Shown: positions 54,058 to 63,183, counted from the first letter of the stretch. The stretch: 64,000 bases of DNA from Alphaproteobacteria bacterium (GCA_017939155.1 JAGAZZ010000008.1:5963-69962), one strand, 5' to 3'. The notes: generated from the letters alone by a model not told the origin. Program-made: numbers and translations.

Positions 54058-54147
54058 ACCGAGAGCTATAGCTGTTGTAAGTGCGCGACTTGCCGGCAAC
54101 GGCAACCAAGCAAACTCTACAACTGGCTTGACCGAACAGCGTGAGAA

Positions 54148-54193
54148 GGAGCGTACAAATAGGTACGTGACCCGACCGAAGACAGGCTTCCAT
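54148..54193 (+). repeat. 46-bp perfect direct repeat, copy 2
   Basis: See 53907-53952. Confidence 0.95.
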
Positions 54194-54224
54194 TCAGGAG
54201 CTAGCTCACAAAATTACACGTTTT

Positions 54225-54836
54225 TTACCGGAACTTCCAAACCACCGTGCACGTATCATCACTACACCCGCAAATAGCCTCAAGAATATCGGGATTAATA
54301 AATCCGGTCTCTTCACTCTTTAAGATATTGCGCGATTTAATGTCTTTAGGTTGCGTGCTTGCATAAATTTCATCTAAAACGCCGGACGGGGTCGCACTGG
54401 GGTATCCCCCTACGGCAATTAAATTATCAAATTTTAACTTAATTAACGCCTGACAGCCCATTTTGCTTAATCCTTGAAAAGAAATTTCATAAGCGCCTGT
54501 ATGGTTATCTCCACTTAAAGAGGAAGAAAACAAATCCACACCGCCCAAATAAGAGTTAACTGCTTCATTAAACCCTTCGCGAAACATCTTTTTTGGAAAA
54601 AATTTTAAGGAAACCGCCAGCTTATAGTCCAATCCTTCATAATTGCTGGAGTTTTTGCCCATCATATCTTGGATATTGCGAGTAATTTCGCCGAGTTCAT
54701 CAATGCAGCCGTTGATTTTAAGTTTTTCAACACTGTTCTTATAACTGCGAATACCCAAATAGCCCAAAAACAGAAAAGCTACAAAGGCCGCAAGCTTATA
54801 GATAAGTCCAACTTTTTGTTTCTTAAAATTAGCCAC
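54225..54836 (-). CDS. hypothetical membrane-anchored protein
   Basis: 203 aa with a GTG start and an N-terminal TM (LAAFVAFLFLGYLGI). Confidence 0.45.
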   Translation of the reverse strand: MANFKKQKVGLIYKLAAFVAFLFLGYLGIRSYKNSVEKLKINGCIDELGEITRNIQDMMGKNSSNYEGLDYKLAVSLKFFPKKMFREGFNEAVNSYLGGVDLFSSSLSGDNHTGAYEISFQGLSKMGCQALIKLKFDNLIAVGGYPSATPSGVLDEIYASTQPKDIKSRNILKSEETGFINPDILEAICGCSDDTCTVVWKFR

Positions 54837-54994
54837 GTTCTGCCACCAATAAACACAATAACCGGTTTTTAAAACACACGAATAACATTATGCTTTAGTT
54901 TTAGTATTATCAAGAAAAAATAATATCTTATCCTCACCAACCTCGTTTTTATCTTCGACCGCCGCACATTAAATTAAAAAACAAGCCCTCAAAC

Positions 54995-56602
54995 CTATTT
55001 GGCACCATAATTCTTCAACACCCCGATAATAGCCTGGTTTCCACCCTTTTCGGCGCAATCTAAAACTGTTTCCCGATAAAAACTTTTACCATTTACATCC
55101 GCTCCGTTCTCCAAAAGCAGTCGCACAATATTTTCATGCCCATTTTTAACTGCCAAAACAAGCGCCGTTTCTTTATAGTTATCCCGAACGTTCACATCAG
55201 CCCCCGCTTGCAGCAACAGCCGGACAATATCCTCATTTCCCTTCTCTGCAGCAATCATCAACGCCGTACCACCCCAAAAATCTGTCGTCTGCTGATTAAC
55301 ATCCGCCCCTTTTTCCAACAATTTACGCACCATGGCTAAATCATTATTTTGCACAGCTTCCATTAATACGGTACGCCCCTGATTATCTCCTTGGTTAATA
55401 TCTGCTCCTGCTTCCAACAAAACATCAAAAGTGTTCTTATCTCCATAAATATTATCGGCAAAGTTATACGCATCATGCAAAGCACCGCCTCCACGAACAG
55501 CTTGCTTGTTAATATCAGCCCCCTTGTTTAACAGAAGTTTGATTGCCGCTTCTCCCTCCTCGGTCTGAGAGGCAATCATCAATGCTGTTTCGCCCAATGC
55601 ATTTTCAATATTAACATCTGCTCCTTTAGCAAGCAACATTTTAATAATTTGCAAATTGCTCTCACGTCCCGCATATTCCGCCGCATACATCAACGCTGTT
55701 TTTTGCTCTTTATCCTGCAAATTAATCAACGCCCCATGAGCCAATAAAAATTCAACCGCCGTCACGTCCGCCCTTTTGCAAGCTTCCATTAGAGGTGTTC
55801 TGCCGAAATCATCGCGCTCATTAACATCAGCCCCGGCTTCAATCAGCATTTCCGTCATCTCTAAAGCTTCTCGCTTGTTTTTCTCTGCCAACATTTCAAA
55901 CCCATCATCACCCAAAACCATTAACTGCGCCAATCCGGCTTTTCCATCTTGCAAATCAGCAAAAATTTTATATTTAGCAACATCATCAATCCCCGTTAAA
56001 GCATAAGAGATAAGGCTGTCCCCATATTTTCCGCGCGCGGTTATATCAGCCCCAAAATCCAGCAATGTATTGATAATGCTGACATCTTTTCTCTCTGCTG
56101 CCATCATCAAAGCCGTCATTTCATGCACATCTCTGAGTTCAGTATCCGCCCCGTTTTCCAATAAAAGCTCAACCATATCGCCGCGCCCCGCCGCAAGGGC
56201 TGACATCAGCGGCGTCAGCCCTTTACTTTGGTAAAACTTAGTTTCTTCCCGACCATTATAATATCCGACGGAATAACTCAAATCCGCCATACGCGCATTC
56301 ACATCCGCTCCATTTTTTAACAAAATTTCCGCAATATTTTTATACCCGCCTTTAACTGCCGCCAGCAAAGCCGTATTTTCCGCACCATCTCGTTGATTAA
56401 CATCCGCCCCTTCCTCTAAAAGCGCTTGCACCCGTTGGTCATCCCCTCTTTGCACTGCCGCAATCAAATCAACATTGCTTTGTTTTCTAATGTCTTGAAT
56501 TTTATTATATTTTTCAACCGTCATGGCTTCCAAATCAAACGCCCTAACCTCTCCCGTAAACGCTTCCAAAGCCAACAACACGCCGAACATAATATTTTTC
56601 AT
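54995..56602 (-). CDS. secreted ankyrin-repeat protein
   Basis: More than 12 units of the G.TALM.A...G...IV.LLL..GADVN type. The ATG at 56602 has a GGAGG SD and gives a signal peptide MKNIMFGVLLALEAF. Confidence 0.9.
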   Translation of the reverse strand: MKNIMFGVLLALEAFTGEVRAFDLEAMTVEKYNKIQDIRKQSNVDLIAAVQRGDDQRVQALLEEGADVNQRDGAENTALLAAVKGGYKNIAEILLKNGADVNARMADLSYSVGYYNGREETKFYQSKGLTPLMSALAAGRGDMVELLLENGADTELRDVHEMTALMMAAERKDVSIINTLLDFGADITARGKYGDSLISYALTGIDDVAKYKIFADLQDGKAGLAQLMVLGDDGFEMLAEKNKREALEMTEMLIEAGADVNERDDFGRTPLMEACKRADVTAVEFLLAHGALINLQDKEQKTALMYAAEYAGRESNLQIIKMLLAKGADVNIENALGETALMIASQTEEGEAAIKLLLNKGADINKQAVRGGGALHDAYNFADNIYGDKNTFDVLLEAGADINQGDNQGRTVLMEAVQNNDLAMVRKLLEKGADVNQQTTDFWGGTALMIAAEKGNEDIVRLLLQAGADVNVRDNYKETALVLAVKNGHENIVRLLLENGADVNGKSFYRETVLDCAEKGGNQAIIGVLKNYGAK

Positions 56603-56743
56603 AAAAAATTCCTCCCAAATCAATAATCACTTTTGAAAGTTATCGCAAATATTTAAACAAATACTTAAAAAGTCATTTTTTCCCTTGAAAACAAAAAAAC
56701 ACCCCTTATATCAACCAAACCACACTTCCACGGAAAACAGCTC

Positions 56744-57631
56744 ATGAATTGGATAATCCTAAGCCTCATCTATGCCTTAACCAACGCTTTTTACACCACC
56801 TACAACGACAAGCGTAATTTTAACGGCTATGTTTTAGGGATATGGCGCGGATTCGGCATAAGCCTGTTTGTCCTGCCTCTATTCATCACCCTGCCATCAT
56901 TAGAGCTCCCGTCCTCATATTTTCTTATACTCATTCTCCAAGGTTTAATGATTGGCGTCTATGACAGCCATATATTCTTTGCCTCAGCAAAATTCGGCGG
57001 ACACGCCAGCTCCGGCTTTATGGCCACCACCGTGCTTTTAACCGTTTTCTTATGGTGGACAATAGATTTTAACGAACTCGCCGCTCTCTTCAAAAATCAG
57101 CCCTACCTCATCACGCTAATGCTCATCTTATCCGGCTTTTCCATCAGCTATTGGCAGATGATGAAAGTCCACGTCAGCAAACAAGCCGAAAGTTATCTCT
57201 ATCCCGCCGTTTTTGCCCTTGCTTTAATGAGTATCGCCACGCGCTACATCGCTCTCCACGGCGGCTCTGCTTATGCCGGCGTGGTATGGTATTTAAGCGT
57301 TTCCTGCTTTGTCAGCGGTCTGTACAATACGGTTATGTTTATTTTCACGCCCCTCACTTCAAACACACCGCAAACGCACCACCCCAAACTCAAAACCCTC
57401 ATCGCCCCTTTTTCGAAAGGGCAAGGTTTTTGGCTTATTGCCTTAAGTATTACCCTAATCACCGCCAAAACCCTGGCCTTAAGGCTGGCCCAAAACCCGG
57501 GCTATGTCATAGCTTTGCTCTTAACCTCACCGTTAATTTCCGATTCGATAGAAAAAAAACAAATCCACCTCACCCCTGCCTCGCTCTTAACCTTAATGTT
57601 TTTAATCCTCCTCCTGCTCCTCGTATCATAA
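56744..57631 (+). CDS. polytopic membrane protein (about 10 TM, DMT-like)
   Basis: 295 aa, uniformly hydrophobic helices. Confidence 0.5.
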   Translation: MNWIILSLIYALTNAFYTTYNDKRNFNGYVLGIWRGFGISLFVLPLFITLPSLELPSSYFLILILQGLMIGVYDSHIFFASAKFGGHASSGFMATTVLLTVFLWWTIDFNELAALFKNQPYLITLMLILSGFSISYWQMMKVHVSKQAESYLYPAVFALALMSIATRYIALHGGSAYAGVVWYLSVSCFVSGLYNTVMFIFTPLTSNTPQTHHPKLKTLIAPFSKGQGFWLIALSITLITAKTLALRLAQNPGYVIALLLTSPLISDSIEKKQIHLTPASLLTLMFLILLLLLVS

Positions 57632-57683
57632 AACGCCCTCACTTCATAACAAAAAAAGACTGCCTAAAGCAGTCTTTTTTAAT

Positions 57684-59090
57684 TCAAGCATTTTTGCCTT
57701 TTCCCCAACAATCTATGTTGAAAAAGCTGACAATATCCATAATATCATCAGAACTGGCTTTAGCCCAAATCGGCTTATCAAGCCCAAAATTCAGGTCATA
57801 AACCAAAATCTTGTTATCACGCTCAACGCGCAACAACCGACCCTCCGAAGAAGCAGCAGACAATCCGCTGAGCACCTCTTTGCCGTCTTTGAAAATAGAA
57901 AACGAAGTCCCTCCCTTGTTTGCAATGAGATAATAGCCAAACTTCTCATCAACGGAAATAAATTCTTCCGCCGAACATAAGAGACCGCCATTCATATCAT
58001 ACAAAGAATAGAGCGATTGTCCGAAGAACGCGTTTTCTTTTTCCACCAAAATCAACCCGCATTCATCATACACGCTGACTTTGTCAAAATCCTCAGCTAC
58101 TTTAATTTTTTCAGGCAAATAAAGCACTTCTTTGTCGTTTTCCATAAGGGTAAAACACTTATCTTCCAAACAAGTCCCTAAAGCCTTGTCTTCATCAAGA
58201 AACGAAAGATATTGTCCCTTAGAATCAAACAAACAGCAACCATCCTCAACAAGCACTTCCAAACAGCCGTTTTTGTGCTCAATCACATCAACCACGCCTG
58301 ACATCTCCTGATGCCCGTCTGCATTGTAAAGTGCATTTTTCTTAATGCCGCAGCTGGGATACTCCGGGTAATTAATACCGCGATACATCCCGTTAGCATA
58401 CACTTCATAATCCATATACTTGGAAAGAATAACCTTTCCTGTTGAATCATAAAGCGTTTTGCCGTAATACGACGAAATGCCCATAAATTTCTTATGACCC
58501 AAAATTTTGACATCTTGCTCTAAAAGAAGTGTCTCGGCAAAGCTTTCAGGGTCAACTGCTAAAATCTTATCCGCATAAAAGAGGATAAACAATTCGCCGT
58601 TCCCCTTAAAGCTGATAAAACCGTTAGCGTACAAAATGCCTTTTTGGTTATAAAGCATTAAGTACCCCTCTTCATCACTCACGATAGCAAAACAGCCGTC
58701 ATCAGTCACCTCAACGCTGTTGATATTGCTTTTAACCAAATCACCGTTCGGCGCATACAAAAAGAGGACACCTCTTTTCTTAACCGTAAACCAGCACCCC
58801 GAATAAAAAACAACCTTATCAGCATCGTCAACCAGACATTTGCCGTCCGGTGTATAAACACGACGGACATACATCCCCTCTTTCACAAAACTAAGGCAAC
58901 TAAAACCGGTTTTATAAACATACCCGTCCACCAAACCGCTCACAACCTTGGTTCCGTCCGGAGAATAAAGCGTTAAGACGCCGTCTTTGCTGATGATTTT
59001 TGCCTGATTTTCAAAAATAAGGCAATCATCAACCCCTTCTGCCGCAAGCTTGCCGCTTTTGACATCAAAAAATACTCTGTTTGTTTCCAT
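57684..59090 (-). CDS. repeat protein (beta-propeller-like, LY.pdG units)
   Basis: 468 aa with recurring ~40-aa units containing LY.P(D/N)G..(V/L). Confidence 0.5.
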   Translation of the reverse strand: METNRVFFDVKSGKLAAEGVDDCLIFENQAKIISKDGVLTLYSPDGTKVVSGLVDGYVYKTGFSCLSFVKEGMYVRRVYTPDGKCLVDDADKVVFYSGCWFTVKKRGVLFLYAPNGDLVKSNINSVEVTDDGCFAIVSDEEGYLMLYNQKGILYANGFISFKGNGELFILFYADKILAVDPESFAETLLLEQDVKILGHKKFMGISSYYGKTLYDSTGKVILSKYMDYEVYANGMYRGINYPEYPSCGIKKNALYNADGHQEMSGVVDVIEHKNGCLEVLVEDGCCLFDSKGQYLSFLDEDKALGTCLEDKCFTLMENDKEVLYLPEKIKVAEDFDKVSVYDECGLILVEKENAFFGQSLYSLYDMNGGLLCSAEEFISVDEKFGYYLIANKGGTSFSIFKDGKEVLSGLSAASSEGRLLRVERDNKILVYDLNFGLDKPIWAKASSDDIMDIVSFFNIDCWGKGKNA

Positions 59091-59268
59091 AAAAATAATT
59101 TTTTAAAATTAAACTTCTAAAATAACACATTCATAAAAAAAATAATAAAATAACTTTTCTTTGCTATCATAAAAGAATCAAAAAGTAAAGCAATTTTTGT
59201 CCATATAATTAAAAAGTGCCGCTTTCATCACAAAAACGGCACCTATAAAGAAGACAAAACTCTGTTTT

Positions 59269-60393
59269 TTAAGAAAATAATTTTCCCCAAAAACTTTTTT
59301 CCTCAACGCTCGCTTCTTCTTCAAATTTTTTCAAACACTCTTTTTGAGCATCGCTGAGCTTTGTCGGAATAACCACCTTAAACAAAACAAACAAATCCCC
59401 CCGTCTGTCCGTCGTTCCCATATAGCGCATACCTTTGCCTTTAAGCCGTAGCCTGTCGCCGGGCTGGGTACCGGGTTTAATTTCAACCTCAATTTCCTCA
59501 CCGTCAATGCCTTTAAGCTTAAAATTGCCGCCCAAAGCCGCTTTAGCCATAGAAATCGGCTGCTCAACAAACAAATCAGCCCCGTCGCGTTCAAACACCT
59601 TATGTGGCTTAACGCTGACAAAAACATACAAATCCCCTTTAGGACCGCCGTTCTTGCCAACTTCACCCTCACCCGAAACGCGCATTCTGACGCCATTTTC
59701 GATTCCCGCCGGAATTTTAACTTTCAAAGACTTTTCAATCCGTTCTTTACCGGTACCGCGGCATTTTTTGCACTTGTCAACCACAACGCGCCCTGTGCCT
59801 TTACATTGCGGGCAAGTTGTTTCAAACACAAAGAATCCCCCTTGTTGCGTCCGAACTTTACCACTACCGCCACAGGTTGCGCAAACCGGAGGCTCTTTGC
59901 CGTCTGCCGTGCCGTGTCCGTGACAGGCATCGCACGCTTGCGAGGTTGTGATGTTAATTTCTTTTTCAAGTCCGGTAAAAGCTTCCTCTAAAGAAAGCGT
60001 CATATCATAACGAATATCATCGCCGCGTTTGGCATAATTTCTCGCTCTTGAACGCCCCTGCCCGGTAAATTCCGAAAAAATATCCGAAAACACGTCGGCA
60101 AATCCGGCTCCCGTAAAATCAAACCCGTTAAACGGATTACCGCCGGCACCGCCGCCCATACCGCCGGCAAAAGCCTGATGCCCGTAGCGGTCATACGCTG
60201 CCCGCTTCTGTTCATCTTTTAAAACCTCATAGGCTTCGTTAATATCCTTAAACTTTGCCTCAGCCTCTTTATTATCCGGATTGCGGTCGGGGTGATATTG
60301 CATGGCAAGCTTGCGATACGCTTTTTTTATCTCATCTGCGGACGCCGTCTTCTGCACGCCCAAAACGCTGTAATAGTCCTCTGTCGTACTCAT
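59269..60393 (-). CDS. dnaJ: molecular chaperone DnaJ
   Basis: J-domain with HPD, a G/F-rich linker, four CxxCxGxG zinc-finger repeats and a C-terminal substrate-binding domain. Confidence 0.97.
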   Translation of the reverse strand: MSTTEDYYSVLGVQKTASADEIKKAYRKLAMQYHPDRNPDNKEAEAKFKDINEAYEVLKDEQKRAAYDRYGHQAFAGGMGGGAGGNPFNGFDFTGAGFADVFSDIFSEFTGQGRSRARNYAKRGDDIRYDMTLSLEEAFTGLEKEINITTSQACDACHGHGTADGKEPPVCATCGGSGKVRTQQGGFFVFETTCPQCKGTGRVVVDKCKKCRGTGKERIEKSLKVKIPAGIENGVRMRVSGEGEVGKNGGPKGDLYVFVSVKPHKVFERDGADLFVEQPISMAKAALGGNFKLKGIDGEEIEVEIKPGTQPGDRLRLKGKGMRYMGTTDRRGDLFVLFKVVIPTKLSDAQKECLKKFEEEASVEEKSFWGKLFS

Positions 60394-60525
60394 CTAAATC
60401 AACCGTTACTCAAAAATTATCACTAAATCTTAAAGTTATTTAGGAATTTTTAACTCTCATTGCAAGCTTTTTATCCGTGCTGTAAACATTTTTGTAAATT
60501 TAATAACATTTTTACCCTCTCATTC

Positions 60526-60690
60526 CCCCATTTAAAACCGAAAATTCCCCCCACCTCATAGGGAATTTACCCTCAACTCAATTCGCATCAATGATGACGC
60601 TTTGCTTGAGGATGAATTGAGGCGCGCGGTGTACAAACTAAGTACATAAGCGACTCAATTCGCCTCAATGATGACACTTTAGCACATCCC
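60526..60690. repeat. mosaic GC-rich intergenic repeat element
   Basis: Opens with CCCCATTTAAAACCGAAAAT, as does 61198. Contains two 28-nt direct repeats (60576-60603 and 60653-80) and a GCGGTGTACAAA..GTACATAAG module. Confidence 0.8.
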
Positions 60691-60692
60691 CC

Positions 60693-61058
60693 CTAACATC
60701 CAGACGTTGCAACACTTGTCACATATCCATCCTTAAGCCTAACCTTAACCATGCACGTCATCCCCGAAGTCCCCGCACCGGGCGTATTATATGAAATCAT
60801 CTCCCCTGTCCCGCTTGGACGGTAATTGGTGTAATAAACCCACATTTCTTCATTTTCTCCAAGCTTTTCAACCTGATTGGGCGCCCCGTTAGCGTTAAAC
60901 AGAGCCGTTTTGCTCTGTCCGCTATATGCACTGACAGGAAGCACCGGATACTCCGGACCACGATGCGCTCTACCTCTGCCGCCGCAGGTCAAACAATCAC
61001 ACCCCATAAGCGCTAAAACAGCCCCGAAAACGACCGCCGCAATATATCTCTTTTTCAT
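60693..61058 (-). CDS. small lipoprotein (BamE/SmpA-like?)
   Basis: The ATG at 61058 has a GGGAGG SD; lipobox VLALMGC. Confidence 0.55.
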   Translation of the reverse strand: MKKRYIAAVVFGAVLALMGCDCLTCGGRGRAHRGPEYPVLPVSAYSGQSKTALFNANGAPNQVEKLGENEEMWVYYTNYRPSGTGEMISYNTPGAGTSGMTCMVKVRLKDGYVTSVATSGC

Positions 61059-61197
61059 ATTTCCTCCCAAAAATAAAATCCGCCAAACAATATAATCTTT
61101 CCAAACGCCAAAACAACCCCGTAAAAACAAAAAGCAGAGCAAAAACCCTGCTTTCATCATAAAAAAAGAGCCGTTTTAGCAATTTGACCGGTACTAT

Positions 61198-61505
61198 CCC
61201 CATTTAAAACCGAAAATCACCCCTTAGGGTGATTTTGCCTCGGGGCGCAAAGACGCAAAAAAAGTCCGGTGGACTGTTTTTGCCGAGCGCTATAGCAGCT
61301 CTTAGCGAACGGCTTGGCGGTAACGCCAACTAAGTAAGCCTAGAGCTGGCTTGACCGAAGCGCAGTTGCTGAACACCCCGTGTGAAGCCTACGAAGCAAG
61401 ACGGATTAAGTGCCATGCTAGAGGTAAATTCCCGACCGCGGTGTACTAGAGCGTACATAAAGGAGGTGATTTGCTTTCATGACCGGTGCTATATGAGCCC
61501 CCATT
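61198..61505. repeat. mosaic GC-rich intergenic repeat element
   Basis: Starts CCCCATTTAAAACCGAAAAT and ends ...CCCCCATTTT. It shares the terminator hairpin, GCTATAGC, a two-tier hairpin and TTGACCGAA with 54033-54140. It also contains GCGGTGTACTAGAGCGTACATAAAGGAGG. Confidence 0.8.
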
Positions 61506-61506
61506 T

Positions 61507-61884
61507 TTATTTACAATCGCTCCAAACATCTGTGACGTACGTCTTATAAAACTCAACCGTCAAATTGCATAAACTCCCCGGCTTATAGTTTTTAAGTTTA
61601 TTATAGCGCACAATTTTTCCTTTACCTTTAGCGCTGTTATAATCTATATAATACGTCCAGCGGATAACCTCATTGCCGACATACTTGGCGTGCATCGGCT
61701 CTTCAAAGTCATCAAAGAAGTCCCTAATCTGCTGTCCTTCATTAATCTTAAAACCGGCGGCTTCAAAAACTCTGCCCTTTGGCGGCACATATCCTTCTTC
61801 AGGTTCATAATACCGCCACCTTTCCTGACTTTGGCAAGCCCCGAGCATTAAAACTAAAACGGCTAAAACACTAAAAAAACGCAT
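61507..61884 (-). CDS. small lipoprotein (BamE/SmpA-like?)
   Basis: The ATG at 61884 has a GGGAG SD; lipobox LMLGAC. The C-terminus is similar in pattern to 60693-61058. Confidence 0.55.
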   Translation of the reverse strand: MRFFSVLAVLVLMLGACQSQERWRYYEPEEGYVPPKGRVFEAAGFKINEGQQIRDFFDDFEEPMHAKYVGNEVIRWTYYIDYNSAKGKGKIVRYNKLKNYKPGSLCNLTVEFYKTYVTDVWSDCK

Positions 61885-61904
61885 GGCATTACTCCCAAAA
61901 AACA

Positions 61905-62999
61905 TTATTCCAAAAGCTCTCTGATAATTTCATCTAAAACCAAAAATCCTTTATCAGTCGCTCTAATATGACAATTATCATAATACACTAAATTTAATTC
62001 CGCAAGCCTCAATAACGCTTTCATATTCAAAAAATCAAAGAGAGGCACCCCTGACACCTCAAAAAAGCGCTCTGCGTCTATTCCCTCACGAACCCTCAAC
62101 CCCATAAATAAAAGCTCTTCTGCCCGCTCTAATGCTGAAATTTCTTCTTTAATCTCTCCGTCAACTGTCGCATAAATTTTGCCATGCGTTTTAAGCCGCC
62201 CATGCGCCCCCTCACCAATACCGATATAATCTCCCCCTTGCCAATAAGTCAAGTTATGTACGCTTCTGTTTGCCTCATCTAAAGCAAAATTAGACACTTC
62301 ATAGCGTTCAAGTCCCTTTGAGCGCAAATAAAAAACCGTTTGTTCATAAAGCCTTGCCGCGTCCTTTTCATCCATCGGCTCAATATTTTTCTTATAAAAT
62401 ACCGTTCCTTCTTCAATTGAAAGCTCATAAAGGGAAATGTGCTTCAAACCGAATGTAAGCGCCAAATCAATCTCTTTTTGCCACGCTCCCCAAGTCTGTC
62501 CCGGTCTGGCATAAATCAAGTCAATTGAAAACTTATCAAAAGCCGTCGCCCCAAGCTCCATGGCGTTAAGCGCTTCATCAAGGGAATGTATCCGCCCCAA
62601 AAATTTCAGCCCTGCCGGCTCAAGCGCCTGCACGCCAAGCGATAAACGGTTCACACCGGCACGCCGAAAGTCAAGAAACTTTTCTTTTTCAAACGTGTTC
62701 GGATTAGCTTCTAAGCTGATTTCCGCCCCGCTTTTAAGCGCAAAATGCCCGGCAATCTCCGCCAACACGCGCTCAACCGCACGAGCTGATAACAAAGACG
62801 GCGTCCCCCCGCCAAAAAACACTGATTTCACCTTTCTCTTGCCGCAAAGCTCAGCAAAACGCCTAATCTCGTCCAAATAACGGGCAACCAACGCTTCCTC
62901 GTCAAACACTTTCGGCTGAAGCGCCCGAAAAAAATCGCAATAAGGACACCTGCTCTTGCAATACAAAAAATGAATATAAATCGCTAAATCATCAAACAC
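61905..62999 (-). CDS. hemW: radical SAM heme chaperone HemW / HemN-like protein
   Basis: IYIHFLYCKSRCPYCDF (CxxxCxxC), GGGTPS, and a HemN_C-like C-terminus. GTG start. Confidence 0.88.
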   Translation of the reverse strand: MFDDLAIYIHFLYCKSRCPYCDFFRALQPKVFDEEALVARYLDEIRRFAELCGKRKVKSVFFGGGTPSLLSARAVERVLAEIAGHFALKSGAEISLEANPNTFEKEKFLDFRRAGVNRLSLGVQALEPAGLKFLGRIHSLDEALNAMELGATAFDKFSIDLIYARPGQTWGAWQKEIDLALTFGLKHISLYELSIEEGTVFYKKNIEPMDEKDAARLYEQTVFYLRSKGLERYEVSNFALDEANRSVHNLTYWQGGDYIGIGEGAHGRLKTHGKIYATVDGEIKEEISALERAEELLFMGLRVREGIDAERFFEVSGVPLFDFLNMKALLRLAELNLVYYDNCHIRATDKGFLVLDEIIRELLE

Positions 63000-63008
63000 A
63001 ATTCAAAA

Positions 63009-63104
63009 TCCATCAATAAAAAGGCATAACCGTTTCCAATTCCATCAATAAAAAGGCGTAGCCGTTTCCAATTTCATCAATAAAAAGGCGTAGCCGTTTC
63101 CATG
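63009..63104 (+). repeat. 3 x 32-bp tandem repeat
   Basis: TCCATCAATAAAAAGGC(A/G)TA(A/G)CCGTTTCCAAT, with units at 63009, 63041 and 63073. Confidence 0.9.
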
Positions 63105-63182
63105 GGTGCGATAAAGTGCAATGCTTGAGTGTAAATTTCCGACTGCGGTGTACAAAAAGCGTACATAAAGGAGGAAATTTAC
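63105..63182. repeat. member of the GTGTACA..GTACATAAAGGAGG repeat family forming a long hairpin
   Basis: GTAAATTTCC (63131-40) pairs with GGAAATTTAC (63173-82). The loop carries GCGGTGTACAAAAAGCGTACATAAAGGA. Confidence 0.75.
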
Positions 63183-63183
63183 C

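Noticed and set aside
53797-54144. 115-aa plus-strand ORF and 87-aa minus-strand ORF (53842-54105) as genes
   Set aside because: They overlap each other on opposite strands. They sit entirely in the GC-rich repeat element, span a perfect terminator hairpin and have no SD.
57151-57801. 216-aa ORF overlapping the polytopic membrane-protein gene
   Set aside because: It is an alternative frame of 56744-57631. Its Arg/Pro/Cys-rich composition is typical of an out-of-frame translation, and it runs through the convergent gene's end.
63009-63104. Possible CRISPR array
   Set aside because: The three 32-bp units are directly adjacent with no spacers, and no cas genes are in the window. This is a plain tandem repeat.
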